Positions 39,878 to 51,400 of a stretch of 64,000 nucleotides of DNA are shown here, in pieces. Under the pieces are notes generated by a model, which saw only the letters and a program-made list of their open reading frames with translations, had not been told where the DNA came from and did not search any database. The DNA is taken from positions 16,414,998 through 16,478,997 of the forward strand of contig CM082578.2 of NCBI GenBank assembly GCA_040954595.2, written 5' to 3'. The position numbers and the translations under genes are program-made. This DNA comes from Balanoglossus misakiensis (lineage: Eukaryota > Animalia > Hemichordata). Numbering within the stretch: the first letter of the stretch is position 1; every line of letters begins with the position of its first letter.

Positions 39878-42800
39878 ATGAAGCAATTCGAAGAAATTAT
39901 CAAGAGTATCGGTGGCTTCGGCAACTACCAGCGACTACAGCTGATCGTTCTCTGGGTGATCACAGGTAGCACTGCCTTTTATCAGATGGGAAACACATTC
40001 TACAGCGCTTCGGCTGACCACTACTGCAAAGTATACGACGATCAAATTTACGTCGACCATTCCCCGTTGAAAAACTGCACCATTCCCTACAGTCTGGAAG
40101 GAGGGGACGTTTCTTGGGCGAAATGTCGGCGGTACGATGTCAACGTTTCTCGGGGAGTTTCAGAAGAAGTCTGCTCGCCTCGAAGCGAAGAGTCTGTCAA
40201 TTGCGACCAAGGTTGGGTGTACGACAAAACATGGTATGAAAATACCGTCGTGTTTGAAGTAAGGGAAACCTTATTAAATATCGATGTTAATAATCATAAA
40301 TATTCATAACCTGTGCTGGTTTCGAAGAGTCAACACGTAAGCCTATCTGTCGACAGAATTACGATACTATAAAGTGTGCTTTGAGATTATTCGTTGTGTA
40401 ATTACCTGTGTTGCGACAAGAAGGTACGGCGTTAATTATTGGGGACCGAGAAGAAGATCTGATAGCGCTTCTATGACATTTTATCAACTACCCTGTTCGG
40501 ACAGCTAGACTGAAATCTATTTCTGTATCCAAATTGTGATGGTAGCAGTGCGTGTTTAAATTTACCAAAGAGAACAAAATGAAATTTGAAACGTTCTGGT
40601 AATACAGCCGAAATTATGAAAGGTCGCCGATTCAATATGTGATCTAGACGTCCTGTGTGCACTGAACACACGATGTGTTTATCTAACACAAACAACAGAA
40701 CCTCTCATAAAAGAGATGCGGTATCATTAGACTAATTACAGATGGTAGTCTGGAAACACGCTCCCCCTCAGAGAGAGTTGTTTACTTGGGTACGATGTCA
40801 AAGTTTAATCTCAAAGTGTATACGCTTTATGTTGAGAGTGTACCCAAGTAAACAACTCTCTCTGAGGGGGAGCGTGTTTCCAGACTACCATCTGTAATTA
40901 GTCTAATGATACCGCATCTCTTTTATGAGAGGTTCTGTTGTTTGTGTTAGATAAACACATCGTGTGTTCAGTGCACACAGGACGTCTAGATCACATATTG
41001 AATCGGCGACCTTTCATAATTTCGGCTGTAAATAACGGTGACACAATATAGTCCATGGAACCATGTGTATGGCACTGGGGAAAGTGGGGTAAATGAGTTC
41101 GCTTTTTGCCTTAGGCTTACATAGATATGGTGGTATCAGAACATTTCAGACCTCAATTCATGACAACAATAACAGCGGTTGGTACACCTTTACAGACTAT
41201 ACGATGCCTATCGTACTAAACGCTCCACTTTGCATAACTAACGTCATTTTTGTACTTTTTCGTCATTATTTACAACAGTACGATCTAGTTTGTGAGAAAG
41301 GCTGGATGAGGCAGTTGTCAAAATCAATCGTCCCCCTTGGCAACCTGGTTGGTGTCGTCATATCCGGTCAACTGTCTGATATGTGAGTGTCTTTGGCGGC
41401 GTCTTATGTGCACCGTTCTGTTATGCACGAAATAAAAGCAAGTTTCTTGATAATTGATATAAAAGTGCCACTATGACATTTGCTCAAGTTTGAATTATAC
41501 ACAAGATACATGGACAGCCTTTTAATGCGGCTTGGGGATGTACAATCGATTTCTCTTCGGATATATCGTGGAAGACCCTTTGAAGAAAGCGTGCGGTTTA
41601 AAGGTCGTTCAACTGTTCGGTAACATATCGAAATGATTGGGCGCCGGTATATCGCTTTTGTTTGCTTACATGCTTACAGACAATACTCCAATTTAAAATG
41701 ATTTAGTGGCGAATGTCGCAGAACACATGTAACCATAGATTACGTTCAAACTTAGACTGAATCCAAATTTGATTAGGGATTGGTCAGTTTTCCCAATTTG
41801 TTTTGGTGAACGTCGAAAAGCTGCCGACCCCAATCTGAATTAAAAGCGAAATCTGATTTATTGATTGAAATTGGTAACACAAGTGTCCAAAATGTAAAGA
41901 CTGAAATGACCAGAGAGCTGACTCAGCGAAAGACTTGCATGTACATGTATTATATTTGTCAACTCATTTAATTTCTACTCCAACTTTTTGTAGTTTCGGA
42001 AGAAGGCCAGTGTTCTTTATCAACTTGGTTCTCACAATGATAACAGCAATACTGACGTCATTCACGCCAACATACCACGCCTTTGTGATTGGCCAGTTTC
42101 TCTTGGGCGCAATTTCACACTCTCTCTTCGTTACCGGCAATATCATAGGTCAGTTTGCAGGATGTGAAACAAATTAACGTTACAAAGCCAATGTAAAAAG
42201 CTGATTTTGATGAACACGTGTACATGTAGACGCTCCTTCAATTTTCCTAATTATGATGCATGTCTACACCTAATACGCATGACATTACAACTTATATTTA
42301 TATTTATTTCATATTCTGCCGTCTGTTTTGTCAGAAAATTAAGTGCACGACTACTAAGTTGATAATTTTAACCAGAAGGCTTACAATTTACGTAATATTC
42401 ATACGATTGATATTTGATAAGGATGGCCTGTGTTTGGCAAAAACTATGTTCAAAGACTGTTAACAACTATATTCATTTCGCATTTCTCACTAGTCTTGGA
42501 AATGGTCAGTGTTGAGTACAGGACCATGTGCAACGCCATTCTGCATGTTGGATTTAGTACATGCTATATGCTGTTTGGGGTCATCGCACTATTGTGCCAT
42601 GGTGACTGGAGACTGATTCAACTGATAGCGGGGTTGTCATGGATTTTGTTCCTTCCATCTTTCTTGTAAGTCGTCTTTGGTCACTTGGGACCATAGGGGT
42701 TTCTGGAATAACTTCTGGTGCAAGTGACCAGACACATATATGTGATTCCCAGCAATTTTTGGTAACAAATAATAAAGGTATGCGGACGATTTAAAATTTT

Positions 42801-44734
42801 CACATGAGTTGTGACAAGGTGATTCGGTTGGTCGATAAAAACAAAAGAAGAGAATAACGAAACAATTACTTAAATCTATTCGGTCGGACGATACGAATAA
42901 AACTGCAGTGTACCTCCATGTGGCCACAGAGCACATATAGTTAAATGGCGTGTATTTTGGCCTGACTAAAGACACTTTGTTCAAAACAGCGGCGGCTATA
43001 TCTGTTCACCGTTTGCTATAAAGAGTCATACTATGTATTTTCTCGTCAGCGTCATCATGGAAAGTCCGATGTGGCTGATACAGAAAGGTCAATACAGGAA
43101 AGCTGAGAAAGTCCTCCAGCGATTTGCCAAATTCAACAAGACGACTCTGCCAGACGATGTATTTGGAGAAGAAAATGAAACAGATTTAAAATCCGTGGAT
43201 GTACATGAAGAAACGAAGGTGAGAAAGAATCTTTGTTATTTGCCTTCAAAAGCTATCAGAACACCAGTACGGAAAACAGTTACATGTACCTCTAATTTAC
43301 ATATACACATATATTATTAAAAGGGCGTCTTTGCCTCCACAACTTTACACCACGTGCTCATCTTTTCGCCTTGCAGCAACGACAATACACCCTAGTTGAT
43401 ATTTTCAAAACTCCACGGTTGCGTATTAGGGCAGCCCTGATGTGCTTTAACTGGTGAGTGAGTATCGCTTTAAAGTACTCGTACATTGGCTGAACTAAAA
43501 TATTTTCTTGACTCGATAGTATGTTTTTTTCTATTTTCCATCGTTACATTAGCTTTATTTTTTACTGACTCGACAATTACAGGTTTTCGTGTAGTTTCGT
43601 GTATTACGGGATATCTCTGAACACTGACCAGCTTGGAAACAATCCCTACATAACGTTCATCCTGGCCGCTTTTGTCGAGATTCCGGGTCGATTATTGGCC
43701 TGGGGCCTTCTTCAGATTATCGGTCGACGATGGGCTCTGTTTGGTTTCGCCACTGTTGGCGGACTGACTCTGATTCTGAGCGTGCCACCTGGTGAGTATA
43801 CTTGATTGGTCAATACATACTTGTAATAGCCAATCAATGGAGAAAGTTGTAATTACATGAACATTCGAAATAGAAATGTTTAAAACGTCCTTTTGCATTT
43901 TCTTTCAGAAATCGTAGAACTTTCTGTAGCCATAGCGATGTTAGCGAAACTTTGCATCGCCGCTACTTTCACAATTGTCTATCTGTATGCTGCGGAGATC
44001 TATCCAACAGTTGTGAGGTATGTTATTTTGTACATGCACTTCTTGAATCATCGCCTCTCTCTTCTTACACACAATGACTGTCCCGTAGGCCCTGCATTTT
44101 ATCTCACAGTCCCTCCACTGTGCTTATCTATATATGCCTAATATATGAACACGAAATTTTGCTCTCTGAACGACTTTTAAGTTTGTTTGTTTTTTAAATT
44201 TTGTAGGAATGTAGGGATGGGTATGTCCTCTATGTCAGCGCGCGTTGGCAGCATCATATCCCCGTACGTCATGTTACTTGACGTTTACTGGGGACCCCTT
44301 CCATTTGTCATCATGGGTGTGACGTCAATGATTGCAGGGACGCTAGGACTCTTGCTACCGGAGACGAAGGACAAAAAGCTGCCAGAAACTCTGGAAGAGG
44401 GAGAGTTCTTTGGAGTGTGAGTATCTTAAGATAAACTCTTGGCAATAATGGATGAGATCATTTCACAACCTGATTATCAGAACCTGGATTTTCCAAAATA
44501 GCTGCATTTCGGAGTCAGTCTCAGGATCTCATTGGGGAAACTGACTGTTTTTGTGGTTGGTGTTGTAAATATTCATCACTTTTAACCAAAATACCCACTG
44601 TATTTTCCGGCAGCAAGAAGACAAGTCTTGAAGACACTAATACGGACGCTATGAACGACAAAACTGCATTACAGCCATCAATGCAGATGACACTCTGTGA
44701 TGAGGCCGTGCAAGACAACAGAGCCTTCGACTGA
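39878..44734 (+). CDS. SLC22-family transporter, copy 7 (10 coding exons, ~568 aa)
   Basis: Exons 39878-40258, 41279-41382, 41994-42148, 42494-42665, 43050-43218, 43377-43453, 43583-43791, 43909-44017, 44207-44416, 44614-44734. Sum is 1707 nt, in frame. Confidence 0.93.
40603..41030. repeat. Perfect 191-bp inverted repeat (foldback/MITE-like) in intron 1 of SLC22 copy 7
   Basis: Arm 40603-40793 is the exact reverse complement of 40840-41030 (checked block by block), with a 46-bp spacer. Ends read TA-CAGCCG...CGGCTG-TA. Confidence 0.95.
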
Positions 44735-45484
44735 AGAGAGACCTCAGTAGTGTGCCCTCAATGATGGCAATGTCTGCACACATCAGGTCTACAAAAACAT
44801 TGCTCAAACAGTTGAACATTCAGTGAATCATATTCTAAATTGCCTAAAAAATCTGTCGAGGGACACATTCAGTGCGCAGTGATGAGCCAGGACAGATAAT
44901 AAGACCATATATCAATACTGTGTTACTTACGCCTTCTTTGAATGACCAAGCTCGCAGGTCTGTTCAACCTGACAAAAGGAAAACATTTCCATATGAAATA
45001 ACCATGTGAATTATTATCATAGTTCTGTCTTCTGAAGTTTTGAACATCTAAATCAACAGTTAAAAAGGGGGCAGAAATTAAAATTAAAATTTCATAATAT
45101 ATTCAGAATAAGTAAATAATTATTATCCGTATGTATTTGTTTGAAAACTGCATGAGGAGACAAAGTTTGATTATAGACAATATTTGTCTTTGATTTAAAA
45201 ATATTTTTTAAAAAGGTATGGTTACCATAGGGGCACTATGTGTGCCAAAGTGCCTATTTATGGCTTAAAATGATTAGCTAACATTATCATGTAAATTTTC
45301 TTTTTAGATTTGAATAATCTGTAAATGTTGAATTTTAAACCAAGCACACAATTCCCACCCCCACCCCCCACCTCCTCTCCTCTGTAATTCAACCACAGTT
45401 TCGTTATCCTTACATCTTGTGCCCTCGAACATGGTGGTATTGGTGGTATGTGACCACTATGCAACACTATCAACCACTGTCTTC

Positions 45485-48400
45485 TTAGTCCACAAAATTG
45501 CCTGAGTTGTTCGGGCTTTCGATCTGTCTCATGTACATTCTTTGTTCTTCTTGTTCCTGCAACTCTCTTTCCTGCAAGAAAGAAAAAAAGACAACAGTAA
45601 GACTCGAGTGGCCGCAGCAAAAGTGATACAATGGTTCTGGGGCGCATGCATGCTCACAAAGACTGGTGCTAATCTACTAGTCTCATTTTGTCCAACAAAC
45701 ATCGCTAACACGCACAGCAGATCACAATGACTTACCAGAAAACTTTCTTCTTCATCAACAAATCTCTTTCTGCCAAATTCATAAACATGGCACGACCCAT
45801 ACCGGTTTTGCGCCTACAAAAAAATGAACAGGTTGTGACAATGATTACTGGTTGTATCAAGAAAGTTGTCCACTAGCAAACAAGACCCTTCAAAAATACA
45901 GGGAAAGATTGAAGAAATTCATTTTGAAGACACAGAACATCAGATTAATGCAATAGGAAATGATCAACTTACCATCATGACAAAACGCTGATCGTTTGGT
46001 TCCATGGCAAACCCTTTAATCACCCAGTGCATATTCAGTGTTGCTAAAATAGGAAAGATTCAAGGAGTACAAGGAAGAGATGATCTTCCACTCTTTGCAA
46101 GATCTTGCAAGACTTGGTTGATTACCGTAGCAACAGGTTGCACGCCAAGTTTCTGGTATACATGTGAGTTATAGGACTGGTACCCTTTCAGACACTGAAT
46201 TGTCTGCCTCTCACTTTCTTGCTTCAAATATTTACATGTACCACTGTGAGATATCATCTTAATTACTCACCTATTGTTTCATAATTTGTTGTATCAAATG
46301 TCCTGATGAATGAGTCTTGCGATCGGTCCAGACCACATTTTCGGACTGCAAAACAGAAGAATACAAACAATTTGGACACAGAGCTCACTAGATTGAAAAA
46401 CGCTAGATAGCCATAACAGTTGCTAGCATGGTACTGAAACGATACACTGTACATATGACAAAAATCACAAAATGATCAGTGTGAATTTGTTGGTCATTGC
46501 CTTACTTGCAAGAAGAGCATCTCCATTCGATGTGTAGTTCATCATGGTGCAGCAAGGTTCAAGGTCGGTGACATGGTTCATTATTCTGAAGGTTCTTGCG
46601 TCATACTGTAATCCCAGATGTTAAGGATAGTTCCACAGGAAACAAACAAACACACACAAAGACATGAGTGGCCGACTTTTTCCCTTAAAAACTGGTGACT
46701 GGTTTACACACCAACTTTTTCCACATTGCAAGATTTCATCAGTTTTATACTTTAATGACTAATATAGTTAAAAACCTTCCACCTGCTGCAAAAATCATCT
46801 GTGCTAACAGAAAAAAAAAAGGATACAACTTGATTTTGGACGACAAGATGGCGTCCAGCCGGATGGAACAGTCCCACCATCTTGCCACTGCTGGGCTTCG
46901 CCAACTGATCAAACAGGTGGATCAGTTTCCCTGATCTGACATCCCATAATAGTCCATCGGCGAGAACCATTGTGTCGGTGGGGTCAAAGGTCGCATGGTG
47001 CACATGGCAAGTGTTGTGGCGATGTGGATCAAACAGTTTCACTATCTCCTTCCCTGAGTTTGTGTCATATATCTGTGTAATAAAAGAAAGTGTTGCCATG
47101 TTGCATTTTCTGTATGGGGTCCTGAAAGAATTCAAAAACAGTAAAAAATGACATGCGTATTCCATACACTGTATATACTCATCTTGACCTTGACACCCAG
47201 ATCAATGCAACATTTGATAAATCTCCACATTGGTAGAGTTATCTTAGCGACACTTACATATGCTGTTTGTAACGTCACTCCAACCAGTCGATCATCACTC
47301 GTGTTGCTGAATGCGATCATATCCTCATCATCACCGAAAGAAACCTGTTTTCTGCAAATGAGGAAGAGAAATTGAGACATTTATAAGAATCACCTTAAAT
47401 GGGAGTACTGCTACTGACAGGGTTGTTGGAAGTGTGCTTACTTCCACAGTGTAACTGAATGTTATTAAGCAAACTTACTTCAGAGACATGTATTTGTAGT
47501 CATCCTCAATCTTCCACAGGTTGCAATAACTTCCTGCTGTTAAAATTAGTCTCCCACTCTGTGACGGAAAAAAAGAAAAGAATCATTTAACAGAATAAAG
47601 ACTCACAATGCCAAAAATTAACCCTGCCCTGGAGAACTGTTGGCATCATATGTGGTTTGAATATTCTTGAAGAGTAAAATCTGTCTCGACACAAAGAGAC
47701 TAAGATCATTCATCTTTTGTCATTTCCTATTTCAATTTTTACCTTGGATGGCACGAGATTGCTGATTAGGTTTCCCTTCGTACATTCTGTACGGGCTACT
47801 AGCTGAAAAAGAAAAGAAAATAATGAAATATAATAAGGAAAAACTCAATAAAATAGTCTATAGTAGTATATTTTCCAAATAAACAGACTTACTTTAAACC
47901 TGGATGAAGGTCTGTGTACAGTCTCTTCGTCTTCATCCAGAAAGGCTTTCTGATGGAGAAGTTCGTAAAATTCCACATGTCCTGATTCTGTGCCACACAT
48001 GAGAACACTTCCCGAGGGCTGTCAAGGACAACAAGAAATGACGGATCAAGATTAGCAAAAAACAACAACCACTGATGAATTAATTCTATGTTCGGTTTGC
48101 CTTTGAACATGTCTGGTGATCCTTCTCACGTACGATACATAGTTTTAAATGTACCTAACATATTTCTCATTTCATCATTTCTCTTGAACATATAAAATAA
48201 TGTATCTGAAATATACATACAGGGTTTGGGTGAAAAGCACATGTGAATATCATGCTCTTGCCTCTCCAATTCACGGTTTGCACTGTGTGGAATCTGTGAC
48301 AGAGAAAACAAACCTTGTGAAACAATCCTTGTGAAAATATAATGGCTGTCATATCTTTCTTGATATTAAAATTTTGATCCTGTATTGTGTTGGGAAACCA

Positions 48401-51400
48401 AATGAAATACTGAGCAATTCTATATGTTTTACAGAGTAGAACAAGAAACCACAGTTGATACCCAAATCACAAAAGGCTGAGAAAATAGCCCAAAATTGGA
48501 GTTACAGGGCTTGGAATTTGCTTGACAGAATTACAGAAAAAGGTCACAAAACAGAAAGGTGTTACACAAGCTATGCTGGATTGCTTTGTCATATATAAGA
48601 CAAACACAGACATTTGCTTCTACCATACCTACCGGCTGTATTTGAAGAATGTGTCCTTTCTCCTAGCGCCCAGTGTCTTGCTTTCAGGAGTAATCTGTCA
48701 TGGGAACGGAAATCAAAATTAATATGGTACACTGATGCAGGAGGCACACAATTTTGTTGTCTCAGTTATGAAATTGTAAACAGCCCCTTTAAAACGTTGA
48801 AAAAGTAATACAGTGAACGCATGTTGTGAGCAGGGCACTTGTTGCCACTGCTTTTTGCTTCATCATTACCTGCTTTGCTGCAGTTCTTAACACAATATTC
48901 TTGGCTGTTTCAGATGATCTTCCAGTGTGTCTGTAGTTTCTGGGGAACAAGGGAAAATACCATCAGTGGAACTTCGAACTTGGAATGGTTATTTCAGTGA
49001 GTCAATTGGTAGGGTGAATGATCACCTAGACAATGTACGTCAAACTGTTGAAATCTGAAAATTAGATTCAAGAATGGCCTTCCCCGTTGTTGCATGTTTG
49101 ACACATTTTAAATTCACCACTCTGATGCACTCACCTGCTAAGTTTACATGCTGAACAACCCTTCATCGCACAGGAACATGCCACACTTTGGCTTTGCAGA
49201 TACTTCTTGACAATAATATCCAAACTCGGTCGTGACACAGCTGACGTTGAAGCTTGTTTCTGAAGTGCATCCAGATCTAACTGATACGGTGATTTCATCT
49301 TGGAGCAATATCTTTTCAAATTTGACTAGAAGAAAAAATGATAATGGCAGACGGGTTAGTATTAAAATATACACACAAAGGACAATAAATCGTGAAACTT
49401 CGAGGCTTGCTTAATAAAAGTACATTTCTCTCAATTCATTTGCATCAATGACTTGAATTTTAAATCTTACCTTCTTTTTCAAAGTTGACGAAGGTTGATC
49501 ACCACTGCCATCACTGGTTGTCCATTCCACGACAGAATCTGACGAAGGGACCGCAGTTTGACTGTCACATCCCTCTAATCCCAAAGATGTCAAGAAACTT
49601 GCCATCGGTGTCACCTCCGTCTTAGGCAGCTTTGCCTCTTTACTCAAGATATCAGCAGTCTGTGACAGTCCTAGGAAAAACCAAAACAGACGCTATGTAC
49701 CTGTTTCTCTGTCAACAATCACAGCCAAATCAAAGTGAAAAAGCATATAATCAATCATTTTCATGTATTTAACCAAACAATCTGTGACAGTTTGAACAAT
49801 ACTGATTCATTTGCCCACCTTTTGATATGAAGTGTTCCTTCATAAGTTTAAGTAAATCAGTCTCCGAGTACCTGATTTGTCGTGCCTTCATCTCAAGTTT
49901 TTCTTTTTCCTGTTGACCACATACTCTGTCTAAGACATGGGGAAAATCAAAAACATACAGTAAATGTCTTCTTCAATGAAAAGAGCACTGATCTTAGACT
50001 ATCTGGTGAGATTGAAACTGAAAATGGCATGGTAAACTGCCACTGACATAGTACATGTATACCGGGTGAACCCCACATTTCTAAACTGAAACACCATGTC
50101 ACACCGGGCCTCCTCTCACACTTACCTATAAGTTTTGCAGCATGAATGCAGAAATCTTCGTGAATTGCACTTTTATCTGGATGAACAGGGCTCTCCATCA
50201 GTTCTGTGTAAAGGAGAAAGTGAAACAAACACAGGAACATTATCATGAAGGTTCCCAAAAAAGTATGCACGATTCATAAAGAGCCAGTTTGGTGGAGAAC
50301 AGACCTGGCAAAGTGAGCAATTAGATGGGCTATTTCTAGAAGTCTAAAATATTTACCAACATCACTCTGATTGCATCAAATGAATTACTTCTCTTTCAAC
50401 AATCACATCGGGTAAATCTTAGAAGACTTGCCTTTCAATTTTCCCTGAGCAATCCAGGGCAACTGCCTAATGATCTGTGCAACTTCTTCCCTCACAGCCA
50501 TTGCATAGAGGCATCGCACAGCCAGACATCTCATTTCATCCGCAGAAAGTCTGGGGGCCTTGGTGCCCAGGCACAGTAACAACACCTAAAATGAAATGAG
50601 ATGAAATAAGTTGCAATAATGAGTGCTGAAACAGGTGGCTGTTCTACTTTTTTATGAACTTCAACGTATACTCCTCCATAACCGTGTACACTTTTCATCA
50701 TTGAAACTTGTAGATCATTTGACTATCTCACTGCAATATCTGCAATGTGATACAATGAACAGGACTCACAGAGAGAACTCCAGCAGCTCGGGCACTGGTG
50801 TGCATCTTTTCCAGATCATCCAACAAAACTCTCTTCGTTTCACTCGAAGGTTCATTCTCATCAAAATCTTCCTGCAGAAGTGGAAGATAAAAAAAAAGAT
50901 ACACACAAATAATGACCTGATGTGTGATAAATGAGAACACAGAAAAGGGAATTTTACAAGAAATATATAAATAGAAATAAACGATTTTTGAAAGGTGGCT
51001 GGAGAATTATTAATAGTTAAAGTGTACCTACCCAGAGGGTGTTGTAAGCCAGGCAATTATGCAGGACTTTAAGAGCAACTACTTTCATATCAGTCAATTT
51101 TGCATTGATGATCACATGCAGCAACACACTGGGAATGAAAAAAATAACATCATGAAACATATCTTTAAAAATGCTGATTTGATCAAACAAATTCATTCAA
51201 ATCACAGACTCGGACGCTTGCATCAATAATGTAGAGGTTGAATGTTGAAACCAGCAGTGTGCTACCAAGTCAGAGTCAACCATGCAGATAATATCTAGAA
51301 GTACAGAACTGCACTCACCCAAATCCATAGCATCTCGGTGTCGAACTGTCCACCCTCGTGAATGGCCTTGACAGATGAAGTCTGGCTTCGCGTGTCACGG

